A stretch of DNA of 64,000 nt from Rebecca billardiae RCC1528 (lineage: Eukaryota; Protista; Haptophyta), in NCBI GenBank assembly GCA_965240325.2, contig OZ251226.1, positions 1,860,001-1,924,000 on the forward strand, read 5' to 3'. The notes beneath the pieces were generated by a model. That model had not been told where the DNA came from. It saw nothing but the letters and a program-made list of their open reading frames with translations, and did not search any database. A program made the position numbers and the translations under genes. How positions within the stretch are numbered: the stretch's first letter is position 1; the number at the start of each line of letters is the position of its first letter. This document shows positions 12,836 to 23,237 of this stretch, piece after piece.

Positions 12836-14374
12836 ATGCGCGGAAAAAGATCGCGCGATGAAAATGGTGAAGCCAGGATGGCGGCGGATTGCCGACGACA
12901 CCCGCCTGGCAACGACCTGCAGGCGACGGGTCCGCGCTGGCACGACTTGCCGCCTGAGCTGATCGCGCGGATCCTCGGCTTCCTCGAGCGCGCGCATGAC
13001 CTCACTGCGGCCAACGCTGTCTCGCGCCTCTTCCGCGGGCCGCCGATCGAGCACGCGCTGCGCGAGCGCGCGCGCGCGCGCGGGCACGACTCCGCGCTCC
13101 CGGCGGCGCTCCCTGCTTGCGTGTGTACATGGACAGAGGAGCTGTTTGCACGCGAGCGCGTGCACGACTTGGCGTGTGCGCACGCGCTCACGGCCACCGC
13201 CGGCGGCACCGAGTGGTTCGCCGTGCTCAGCGCGTTTGTGGACGCTCACGGCGCAGCGCATGCGTGCGGCGAGGAGCTCGTGGGCGATGTGCTGAGCGAG
13301 TTGCGCTGGGATTGCCCGGATGCGCTGGGACAGGACGAGCGCGTCGACCACGTGCTCAGGCCCTCGTGGGTCAGCTCGCTCGCGGCCGTGCGCGTGTGCG
13401 CGATGGCGGCTGGCGCCGCCCACGTGCTCGCGCTGAGCGACGCCGGTGCCGTGTACGCGTGTGGCAAGGGTGCGCGCGGCCAGCTGGGCTTCGGGAGCGC
13501 ACGCGCGTCCGGCTGCCGTGCATTCGAGCCCATCCAAGGGCTGCTGGGCGAGCTGCACGTCGCCATCGCGGCCGGCGCCTACCACAACCTCGCCCTCACT
13601 GCCGCTGGGTGCGCGTACAGCTGGGGCTACAACTACGACGGCCAGCTCGGCCACGGCGACACGGAGGAGCGGTGGGAGCCAGTGCGCATCGAGGCGTTGG
13701 ACGGCGTGCGCGTGGGCGGCGTGGCCGCCGGCGCGCGCCACACGCTGCTGCTCTCGGCGCGCGGCGCCGTGTACTCGTGCGGCGCCGGCGCCGATGCCCA
13801 ACTGGGGCACGGCGACCTGCAGCCTGAGCGGACGCCGCGGCGCATCGAGGCGCTCGCGGGCGTGCGCGTTGTGCACGTGAGCGCGGGCGAGGCGCACAGC
13901 CTGGTGGTGGACGGCACGGGCGGTGCGTACTCGTGCGGGAGCGGGAAGTACGGCTGCCTCGGCCACGGCGCCTCGGTCCTACCCCGCCTTCGCGTGCCGA
14001 CGCGCATCCTGCCGCTCGCGGCCGTGCGCGCCGTGCGAGGCAGCGCAGGAGTCCACGGCAGTGCGCTCGTGGGCGCCGACGGCAGCGTGCACGTGTTTGG
14101 GAGCAACGACCGCGGGCAGCTGGGCGTCGGGCACCGACGGCCCTGTAGAGTTCCGATGCGCGTGGCCGCCCTCGAGCACACGCGCGTGGTGAGCTGCGCG
14201 CTCGGGTACATGCACGCGCTCTTCGTCACGGCGGAAGGTGGCGTGCACTCGTGCGGCGCGCAGTCGGGCGCGCTCGGCCACGGCATAAGCGTGGGCGCGG
14301 CAGAGCCCGCCGTGTTGGCGCCGACGCTGGTGGCGAGGCTGCCGCCGCTGCGAAGCGTGGCTCAGCGACGCTGA
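12836..14374 (+). CDS. F-box-like plus RCC1-repeat protein
   Basis: WHDLPPELIARILGFL (F-box-like) followed by repeats of the type YSWGYNYDGQLGHGD..P..I..L. The ATG at 12836 is in frame with ORF 11624..14374. Confidence 0.85.
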   Translation: MRGKRSRDENGEARMAADCRRHPPGNDLQATGPRWHDLPPELIARILGFLERAHDLTAANAVSRLFRGPPIEHALRERARARGHDSALPAALPACVCTWTEELFARERVHDLACAHALTATAGGTEWFAVLSAFVDAHGAAHACGEELVGDVLSELRWDCPDALGQDERVDHVLRPSWVSSLAAVRVCAMAAGAAHVLALSDAGAVYACGKGARGQLGFGSARASGCRAFEPIQGLLGELHVAIAAGAYHNLALTAAGCAYSWGYNYDGQLGHGDTEERWEPVRIEALDGVRVGGVAAGARHTLLLSARGAVYSCGAGADAQLGHGDLQPERTPRRIEALAGVRVVHVSAGEAHSLVVDGTGGAYSCGSGKYGCLGHGASVLPRLRVPTRILPLAAVRAVRGSAGVHGSALVGADGSVHVFGSNDRGQLGVGHRRPCRVPMRVAALEHTRVVSCALGYMHALFVTAEGGVHSCGAQSGALGHGISVGAAEPAVLAPTLVARLPPLRSVAQRR

Positions 14375-14509
14375 GCATGCGATCCGGCGGCTGACGTCCG
14401 CTCGCGCGCGCTATCGTGCGCGCCCGTGATTTCGTCAAAACGACCCAGGACTGCAGAAGCCAGAAGTCTGTTTCTTCGATCTACTCCTGCGTCCTCGGGC
14501 GTCAGGAGG

Positions 14510-15217
14510 ATGGCTCTCCCAGGTGCGCACGCTGACGGCGACGCGCAAGTGCAGGGCGCTCGTCGCGATGCGACCCGTCGTGCGCGGCCGTGACCTCGCG
14601 TCTGCTCTGTGCGCCCGTGCCCGCTCCCTCACGCTTCCGCAGAAAAGAACTTCGTCCATCAGGACGAGATCCGGCGCGATGCTATCAAGCGCGAGGAGTA
14701 TGCCGCGCGCGACTTCCCGGACACGTGGGGTTTTCTGTGCGGGCCGAAGCTCGAGGCGGAAACCCACGGCTTTGCGCGTACGATTGCAAAGTACCACGGC
14801 GGCGTGGGTTCCTGGACGCTCGTGCACAAGCGCATTGTGGACGACTCGGCGCTCGGGCTGAAGGCGCGTGAGATTGACAACGCGCTCAAGCCCAAGATAG
14901 GCAAGCTCACGCTCGAGGCGACGCACAGGTCAAACGTGAAGCCCGGGCTCGTGGACAAATACGGCAGAACGCTCATCAAGACCGATCTGGGCTACGACTG
15001 CATCCCGACACGATCAGCTGCGCTCGCGCTGCGCTCACACCACGAGAGCACAGTGGGTGACTCAGTGCGGATCCGCGGCTTTGACCCCAAGGAGAAGTAC
15101 AAGTACCCGCTCACGGCGAGCCAGGAGCTCGGCTGGCGGCCGCGGCCGCTGGAGATTTTCGGCGTCGCGGAGTTTGGGCTCAAGAAGGGCATCGCTGCAG
15201 AGTATGGGTACAAGTGA
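14510..15217 (+). CDS. Ciliary microtubule-inner-protein-like (C20orf85/CIMIP1- or FAM183-like), 2 exons
   Basis: Exon 14510-14522, GT-AG intron 14523-14642, then in-frame KNFVHQDEIRRDAIKREE...WGFL and PKEKYKYPLTASQELGW, which resemble these families from memory. Confidence 0.6.
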
Positions 15218-15783
15218 TCGGAGTCGTTGCCGTCAGGCATCGGCCATGTGGCTGAGTGGCTGACTGCGCCGCCTGTGTGTATCGGCTGCGGGCACCGGAG
15301 GCAGGTCGGACAGCCTTGCGCCTCAGGCGGAAGCTCGCGCAATGTTCGTGCGTGGCAAGTCGGCTTCGAAGCATTGGGTGGCGAGGCCTGTCCGCTGCTG
15401 GCGGGTGTGGCATGGGGCGACGGCGTCACGGCGACTGCCGAGACGGTGCGGAGCCAGTGCCAGGCCCGGCAGCAATCCCGGCGCGCCGCGTGCCGGTCCG
15501 CCGCGGCCGGCCAGCGCGCTGCTGAGGCGCCCAACGCCCATGTCAGTCGCGCTCATGCAGGCTCAGTGTGACGACCGCACAGCCACAGGCTACGGCCCTT
15601 GCACAGGCGATACTCGATAGCAGGCACCGTGCGGCACCGTCTATCCAGTATATTGTATCCATCTCAGTAGTCAGTACTTGTCAAGGGGCGGCAGACCCGA
15701 ATGTCCGGATGATCCCGGAACCGAGCCACGTCTTGACTCTCTGCTCTCGCCGACTCCGTGGCATCCGAACCGCGTCCGCGATC

Positions 15784-17558
15784 ATGACGCGCACCGCCAC
15801 GGTCACGTCGGGACTGCTCCTGCTGGTGGCCTGCGGGGACGGCCTGCGCGCCGCGAGGCTCCGTGCGCCGAGCACCCCCGCTGATACGAGGCGGTGCACG
15901 CGCTCGCGGGTCGTGTCGCGCGCGGCGGACGACGAGGCGGAGGTGGACCGCGTCCTCGCCGGCTTGCAGCTCGAGGAGGACGGCGGCTCCGACTCGCGGA
16001 AGTACATGCCCAGCACAGGCCCGGACGACCCGATCGCGCGCGCCCTGCGCGACGTGTGCGGCGCGCGCGAGGTGCTCTCCTTAGACCTGCTCGACTCGCG
16101 CTGGAACGGCAACGAGGTCCTCCGGTACGAAACCGACGCCGGCCGCTTCTTTGTGAAGATGAACCGCGTCGAGGACGTGTCCGTCTTCATGATGGAGGCG
16201 GTGAGCCTGACCGCGCTGATCAAGGCGGGCGCCGTGCGCGCCCCCAAGCCGCTCCACCTCGGCCCGCTGCCGCGCGTCGGCGACTTCGGGCCGGGCGCGT
16301 TCATGGTGCTCGAGTACCTCGATATGAAACCGTTTGGCTCGATGCAGAAGGAGACGCAGCGCGCGCTGGGCGAGCAGCTCGCGGCTCTGCACGGCAGCCG
16401 CGCGCACGACAGCGTGCACCAGGGGCGGTACGGCTTCGTCGTGAACAACTTCCTCGCGCTCACGCCGCTGAACAACACGTGGGCGGACGAGTGGCACACC
16501 TTTTTTGCAGGCCGGCTGCGCGGCCAGCTGGACAGCCTGCACAGCGCCAAGGCGTACGCAAAGGTGCGCGCGGCGCGCGCGGGCGCGTGGGCGTGCGCGG
16601 CGCGGAGAAGGGCGCGGACGCCGGTGCGCCCACCTGGCGCACGCACGGGCCGCCGCGCGGGCGCGCGGGGCGGGGCGTGCGCGCGGGGCACGCGCGGCGC
16701 GCGGGGCGGGGACGGAGGGGCGGTGGGGAGGTTCTGCTGCGCGCACACTTGCGTGCCACACCTCCTGTGAGGACCAGCAATTAGCTCTATCTGCAGGGCT
16801 GCGCCCGCTGAAGCATCATTCTGGTAAGTTTCTGAGGAGGTGGGAGCGGGGGAGACGGCAGCCTGGGGAGGAAGGGGGCAGGCGCACCCCGCGCCCGCGT
16901 GCCATGATGAGCACCCTGCATGTATTACAGGAGCCCCCTCTGGGGGCGGTGAGTGCAGATCGATAGGCCTGAGCACGCACGCGGCATGCCCGGGGCATGC
17001 CGCGCGGGGCGGGGGCAAGTGGGCCCCGTGGCAGGGAGGGTGCGAGGGAGTCCGGTGTGCCGCGCGCGTGCCCCGTCGCCCACCAGCCAACCCGCGGCGT
17101 GCGCGACCGCGCGCGCACTGTCCCGTCCTCCGCACCAGGCGCCAATGAGCCGGGAGACCGCCGAGCCGCTGCTCGAGCGCGGCGCGCGCGTGATCGAGCT
17201 GCTGCCGGCGCTGCTGGCCGAGCCACGCATCGACGGCCCGTCCCTGCTGCACGGCGATCTATGGATCGGCAACACGGGCGCGACGAAAGAGAGCGGCGAG
17301 CCCGTCTTCTTCGACCCGGCGTGCTTCTTCGGCCACGCCGAGTTCGACCTCGCCCTCCCGCGCATGTTTGGCGGCTTCGACGACAACTTCTTCGATGCGT
17401 ACCACGGCGTGCGCCCAAAGGCGCCGGGCTTTGACCAGCGGCAGAAACTGTACGAGCTGTACCAATATCTCAACCAGCTCAACCTGTTTGGCGACGCGGC
17501 TGTGTACACCAAGTGCCGCGAGCTCATGGACGAGGTCCTCGCCGCGTCTCGGGCATGA
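15784..17558 (+). CDS. Fructosamine/ketosamine-3-kinase family protein with N-terminal signal/transit peptide, 2 exons
   Basis: Motifs FFVKMN, FMVLEYLDM, LGEQLAALH, YGFVVNNF, PSLLHGDLWIGN, FDPACFFGHAEFDLA, LNQLNLFG. The phase-0 intron 16564-17138 joins ORFs 15568..16770 and 16953..17558. Confidence 0.9.
16759..16842 (+). ncRNA. Intronic box C/D snoRNA candidate 1
   Basis: Terminal stem CACCTCCT/AGGAGGTG; C-like box GTGAGGA (16767-16773); D box CTGA (16832-16835). Guides ATTAGCTCTA and CTGGTAAGTTT are complementary to conserved 18S rRNA segments UAGAGCUAAU and AAACUUACCAG (recalled). Confidence 0.7.
16897..16978 (+). ncRNA. Intronic box C/D snoRNA candidate 2
   Basis: Terminal stem GCGTGC/GCACGC; canonical C box ATGATGA (16904-16910); D box CTGA (16969-16972). 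Guides are GATCGATAGGC (complement of LSU GCCUAUCGAUC) and TGCATGTATTA (complement of 18S UAAUACAUGC). Confidence 0.8.
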
Positions 17559-18788
17559 GATGAGCCGGCGCCGTGGCGCTGCCATCACACTCAGCAAACT
17601 CAAAGAAATGTCCGCGCGGCGGCGTGACCTCCTCTTTGGCGGCCTGGCGCTGCTGCCGCCGTGCCCGGACGACCTGTGCTGAGAGGGCCCACGGCTGCCA
17701 CGGCACGCAGCAGCCCGGCGGTCTGCACCCAGCAGCCAGCTGGCACGGTGCCAGTGCATCTAGGGCTCTAGGCTTGCATGATGAGTATGATATAATTTAA
17801 TGGTACTTGGTACGGCCGATCCGACGCGGCGCGGACGGATTTTTGGCAGTACCGGCCGAGACGAATACCGGCCGGCCTACGCTCTAGTTGAGCAGGCGGC
17901 ACCGGCCCCGGGGCCGGGACCGCACCGGTGCCAGGCACTGTACGGACCATGGCGGCACAAACACTGAAACAGTCTGAGAACTTACTAGACGGTCGACTGA
18001 CTGATTCAGTGATCTTGAGCATGATTCGCGCGGGTAACGGTCTGAACGGAAGCCCGAGTTAACCTTGGCGGCGCGAGCGCGGGCACGTGAAAATCGGAAC
18101 TGAATTTACCGCCTGCCACGCAGGCGTCCCCGGCGAGGCGAGCCCCCTTAACCGTCGTCCATCTGTTGGCATGTGCAGCACTAGTACGCCTGGTTCGGCG
18201 CGAGTGCGCGCGGGTGATTGCACCGTGCCTCGGCATGTGGTAGCTTGCAGTTGGCGAGCAGCGACAAGGAGCGGGGGTTGCGAGCCATCAAGGTGTCCCA
18301 AGGCTCTCAGCATACCCGCAGACGACCCGCGAGGCCACCTGCGCCGCCACAATCGCACCGCCAGAGCGCCGATTCCCGGCATACGGGTCGCTTGAAGTTA
18401 CGGCCCGCATGTGCCAGGCAGCCATGCTGGGGAGCCGGCTCGATGCAACGCCGAGCAGTCAACTTCGACTTGGATTCGTGCGCAAGCCGGCTGCCAGTCG
18501 GTCAAGGGCCGAAAGTTGGTGGTACTTTCAACTTGGTGCAGCCGTCCAATCGAAAGCGAGCGCGGGGGACGCGGCCCGCCTCGAGGACGAGCCGTCGCAG
18601 ACGAAATCTGCGGATCGTCTGGCGCGGCGAATCCCCATATTCCCGGAACCGCCGTTGCCCCATCACTTTCAACTTGCCCGCGTTGTTGCGTGCCGATTCA
18701 TGAGCACCGGAACGGCGAAAGGGTATTTCTGCCGCGCTGGACACCGTTGTGTGTGCGGCGGACGACTGGTGGGGCCCGCTGGTGGCCG

Positions 18789-20138
18789 ATGCGCGCGTGG
18801 GCTTTCTGCGCGGCGGCGGTGGTGCTGGCGTCGTGCGCGCGGGCGCTGGAGCAGACAGTCCCATGGAGGAGACCCTCCCGCGCCGAGCGCTCCCGCGCGT
18901 ACAGAGCCGCGACCGGCGCGCACACGGACTCGGCGGGGCGCATGCGCGCGATCGCGTCGGATGCGGCGGGCGCACGCGACACGGCGCCGGGCGACGCGTC
19001 CGGGGTGGACGACGTGCAGGGGGTGGCCTCGCCGCTGTGGATGATCACGCAGGAGGAGGAAGTCACCGACCTCATCGAGTACCTGCAGGCGATGCGCGGG
19101 CCCATCGAGGCCAACCCGCTCGCCGAGCACGAGCTGCACTTCTCGCGCGTCTCGATCGAGCGCGCGCGCGCCGTGTTCGAGGCGGAGCTGCGGAGGGGCG
19201 AGGAGCGGCAGCACGCGCTGTGCTCGCTGCTCGGCCAGCGCCTGCTCGGCCGGTACTACCTGCAGTCCGTCGTCGTCGGCGAGCTGCCGCGCACGCGCCA
19301 CCGGTTTGAGCTCTCGCAACGAATCGACCCGACGACGCTCCTCTCCGAGACCGACCTCGCGCTCGGCACGCGCGTGCTCTCGCAGCACCGCGTGGCGTCG
19401 AACGGGCAGTGGGTGGAGCCCAAGCTCGTCGCCTCCTTCGTCGAGTACCACCCCACCGTCACCGACTACGCGCCCGGCGGCGCGCGCGCGCCCGCCGTGG
19501 GCGCGCGCGAGCCCGACCCGTGCATCTATCGGATGATCTCCCGCATCAAGGCGGAGCAGGAGATCTTCAACAAGGTGTGCGACGAGATCTTCGACCTGGA
19601 CCGGCTGGTGCGCGACCTCTCGCGCGCCGACAAGGACCTCGCCTCGCTCGGCCACTTCGTCAAGGACGTGTTCGGCATCAAGGTGGTCGTGGGCACCGTC
19701 GAGCAGGCGCTCGAGGTCCAGGCGGCGATCGAAGCGATTTCGTTCTCCGACGACGAGCTCGCGGGCGTGGAGGTGCGCACGGAGGGCGGGCCGCCCGCGC
19801 GGCTCAACTTCATCGAGACGAAGAACTACCTCGGCGAGGGCGCCAAGTCCAACTCGGGCTGGGAGTGCCTCAAGTCTGTCTTTGAGTGGAACGGCGGGAT
19901 CTTCGAAGTGCAGATCCAGCCGCTCATTAACTACTGCCTCGAGCGCGAGCGGCTGACGAAGCAGAGCCACGACGCGTACAAGCAGAAGCGCGAGCGCGTG
20001 CGCGACCAGGTGGCGGCAAGCGTGCCGCTCTTCGGCTTCTACCGCGACATCCTGCGCACGCTCTTCATCGAGCCGCCCAACTGCGACGGGCTGCAGCTGC
20101 CGAGCTTCAACAACGTCAAGGTGAGCGTCAGAGGGTGA
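18789..20138 (+). CDS. RelA/SpoT synthetase-like nucleotidyltransferase with N-terminal signal peptide, intronless
   Basis: Ordered motifs SRIK, KDVFGIKVVV, KNY, SGWECLK, FEVQIQ and HDAYK parallel the RSH synthetase motifs. The N-terminus MRAWAFCAAAVVLASCARA is signal-peptide-like. Confidence 0.6.
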   Translation: MRAWAFCAAAVVLASCARALEQTVPWRRPSRAERSRAYRAATGAHTDSAGRMRAIASDAAGARDTAPGDASGVDDVQGVASPLWMITQEEEVTDLIEYLQAMRGPIEANPLAEHELHFSRVSIERARAVFEAELRRGEERQHALCSLLGQRLLGRYYLQSVVVGELPRTRHRFELSQRIDPTTLLSETDLALGTRVLSQHRVASNGQWVEPKLVASFVEYHPTVTDYAPGGARAPAVGAREPDPCIYRMISRIKAEQEIFNKVCDEIFDLDRLVRDLSRADKDLASLGHFVKDVFGIKVVVGTVEQALEVQAAIEAISFSDDELAGVEVRTEGGPPARLNFIETKNYLGEGAKSNSGWECLKSVFEWNGGIFEVQIQPLINYCLERERLTKQSHDAYKQKRERVRDQVAASVPLFGFYRDILRTLFIEPPNCDGLQLPSFNNVKVSVRG

Positions 20139-20758
20139 GCACCCACCCACACACCCGCTGACTGGCTTGGCCAGAGCCGACAGAGTGGCCGGAGCACTGG
20201 GCAGCCGCCCGTCTGGCCTGCTTTCGGGCGACGGCTGCCGACTCGCGCGCAGCGGGGCTGCGCGGCTGCAGCTGCGCGCAGCGCCGCCGCCGCCGCCGCA
20301 GCGGCGTGCACGCGTGCACGCAGCTGGAGCGACGGCCTCGCGCGCCGGCCGGCCGGGTCTGCGGACCGCTGGCAGCTGCTGCGCGCGCGGCGCGCTTGTG
20401 GCGGTCTGTCTGCACCCTCAACGCTGTGCCGCCGCCCAGCGCCTGCGCGCGCGCTGGCGGCTGCCGCCTTGCCGGCTGTGTACTTCTCGACCCTCACTTG
20501 GAGTGTGGGGCGCCCTGCCGCATCACTTTGCCTTTGTTTGGCCCCGCGCGCGCCTGACGGGCGCCGCCCATCGCCATTTACGGTCGGACGGTTCCGCCCC
20601 CCTGTGCACCATCTGAGTCCATCATCGATCGCGGACTGCTTCATCATGCTTGTCGAATATGTCGTCCGGAGTCGCGCGCATACATGCGCGACGAATAAGT
20701 ATATATAATTCTTGCCAACCGGCGGCTCCCGATCCGCCGCTAGAATCTTAATCTAGCC

Positions 20759-22161
20759 GTAGCGTCTTAACCCCTATTGTGGAACGGACCCCTATTGTGG
20801 AACGGCGCCAGTTTTTCCTATGTAGAGCTCGGATGTCGCGGAGGCGATGAGATCGGCGGCTACCGCCGTGTGCGCCTGGCCAAGGCGCGTCCAACGAGCC
20901 CAAGAACGTCGCCATAGCCCCACCCCAGCGCCGTCCGCTGCCTATCGTTTGCTGGAGTCAGAGCTGAGAATCTGGTGTGAAAAAATGGTTTTCGGCTCCT
21001 GTAGGCCGAAGCTTCGGCCGGGAGGGCGCGCACGGTATTTTTGGGAGCTCCCCGAAAGCAGCCCGGGCAGGGAATCAAGCCGGCTTGCCGCTGCCGCACT
21101 CGTGGATGGAGCGCGAGTGACACGAATTGGGTCAGGTCAGCATGGCTGATTCCTGGGTTGGAGGGTCGAGGACGCCCCGCCGCGGCGGGGGGCGGTGCGG
21201 CGGCGCGAGCTGACTGGTGGCGATGATGAACGCGTAGCCGAAGGTGCCGGACCGTCAGGCGACGCCCAACCCCGCAAAGCAGCTGCATCGCCTGCCGACC
21301 GCGCGAGAGCCGCGCCGCGCGAAGCGGCTGGGCGCGAGTGGACTACGACCCGCCGGATGCAGCCATCAGGGACTGTGTGTAGAGCGGGGAGCTGGCGTGA
21401 GGGCACAGCTGTCGCCGACTTCGGCTCATATGCCGTGACAACGGGCCACGCTCTGTCGGATGGTGAAGGACCCGACCAGCCCGTCGAGGCCGCTGGGGCT
21501 GAAGCCGCGGCTGAGCGGCTGTGACGGTCGAGCAGATGCACACCAACTGGGTCGCGGAGATAGCGCTACTCGGCTTCGCGCCGACCACGCGGCAGGTCTG
21601 CATCGATGCGGCGCTTCTCTTCCTGCGTAGCGGCGCGCCCTTCTCTTCCTGCGTAGCGGCGCGCCCTTCTCGACGCTCTCCAGCATGCCCTGGAAGCGGT
21701 GGTGTCGGCGGCGGCTCAGGCGCCACGCGAAGGCGAGCGAGCGTCGATGACGGACACGCTCGTCGACCGCATCACTCATCGTGGAGAGGGTTCGCGCGGG
21801 CAAGACGTGCCCCCCGGCGGCTGCGGGGTCGAGGGCGGGTGCCCACACCACCAGCACGCCGGCGAGCGCCAGTGGGCCGACTGCGAACGCTCAGGAGCCA
21901 GCAGTGGCACCGTCCTGAGCGAGGAACCAAAATCGTTCCACAATAGGGGTCAGTCGACCCGTCGACGCACCTCGCGGGCGCGCGCGCGCGCGCGCGCGCG
22001 CGCGGGCTAGTTCCGAGCTCCGCACCCTCAGCGGTGTATGGTCCCTTCGGTAGGACCCATGGCCAGTACCTGACACCTTAAGATCGCTCGCCGAGCCGCA
22101 CTACCTCGCCCTAGGGGCGGAAAACCCGAAAATCGTTCCACAATAGGGGTTAAGACGTTAC
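20759..22161. mobile_element. Non-autonomous TIR DNA transposon (piggyBac-like TTAA|CCCC ends, or a longer TIR)
   Basis: CGTCTTAACCCCTATTGTGGAACG (20763-20786) is the perfect inverse of 22134-22157. The core motif is duplicated at each end (20788-20805 and ~21934-21950). No transposase ORF was recognised. Confidence 0.75.
21615..21671. repeat. 26-bp tandem duplication
   Basis: TTCTCTTCCTGCGTAGCGGCGCGCCC occurs twice, plus a partial third copy. Confidence 0.85.
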
Positions 22162-22363
22162 TGTGAGTTTTAACAACGAATATCAACGATCGCACCGTCT
22201 AATTTAAGTCGTCGAATCTAACAATCTATTTATCATCGTCGCTATTATTATCTGCCCGAGAGTCCGCGTAGACCCTGTGGCCTGAATTACTACAGGCAAT
22301 AATCGCGGGCAATTATTAGGAGCTATGTCACGTTAAGAAGCTGGGGCTTGCTATCTGCGGATA

Positions 22364-22608
22364 GAGAGAGAGGGTATTACCTACTCACCAGGACAGTTTA
22401 CCCCCGGCCGCCGCGCCGTCACAAAATGGCCGGCACTCGCAGGTCATTTTCGCGCATCCGCGCACACCCTCCATCCCTCCCGCCCCTCCGAAATCACCGG
22501 TGTTTGCCACCCGAAACGAGACTGGCAAATGCCGGTGATTTTCGCGCTGAAAACCATGCTTTCACAAGCGAAAATTTAGACGCCACTTCGATACACTGCG
22601 CGCTACGA
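22364..22608 (+). repeat. Left TIR of the viral element
   Basis: Reverse complement of 35968-36212; I count 6 mismatches in 245 bp. Confidence 0.95.
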
Positions 22609-22718
22609 TCCCGCCAAGACAAACCGAGGGCGGCCGCCGAAGCTCAGTTCCAAGGCCGAAGCTTGCGAGCCGGCCAAGAACTACCAGTGATCCAAGGCCG
22701 AAGCTTTCCGGATCTCGC

Positions 22719-23036
22719 TTTTCACCAGGACAGACCAGCGCCCCGCCAGTAAAAACTCGCGAGGCGACCATGATTTTACCGGTGAAGCTTCGGGTCTCAA
22801 CTTTAGAGGCCACTTCGAGCACTCCGCCAGGCAATTTTCACCAGGACAGACCAGCGCCCCGCCAGTAAAAACTCGCGAGGCGACCATGATTTTACCGGTG
22901 AAGCTTCGGGTCTCAACTTTAGAGGCCACTTCGAGCACTCCGCCAGGGTTTTACCACCAGGACAGACCAGCGCCCCCACCAGTAAAAAAAGGCGACCATA
23001 CGGGCGAAGCTTCGGGGGTCTCAACTTTAGAGAGGC
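22719..23036 (+). repeat. Subterminal 116-bp direct repeats (2 near-identical, 1 degenerate)
   Basis: TTTTCACCAGGACAGACCAGCGCCCC... starts at 22719 and 22835; a degenerate copy starts at ~22949. Confidence 0.9.
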
Positions 23037-23237
23037 CGACCATCCCCAAAACATATTTCGATCCGCACTTAAGACTTGGGCCGAGCTCGCGCGACGATGT
23101 CGGCATCCCGGGCGGCCGCCGCCGACCCTCAGCCGCCGACCCGCCATCCGTGGAAAAAACTTAGGACTTGGGGGCCGAGCCAGCGGCGGACCAAAGTGCG
23201 TTAGTTTGCGACGAAAATTTTCTGTGCCAGAGTAAGA

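Noticed and set aside
4552-13966. Long antisense and alternative-frame ORFs over RRP5 and RCC1 (e.g. 7231..11589 +)
   Set aside because: Arg/Ala/Pro-rich shadows caused by high GC; no motifs; a real gene occupies the other frame.
22719-23036. Regular direct repeats as a CRISPR array, and the ORFs over them
   Set aside because: Units are 116 bp and contiguous with no unique spacers or cas genes; the ORFs are repeat translations.
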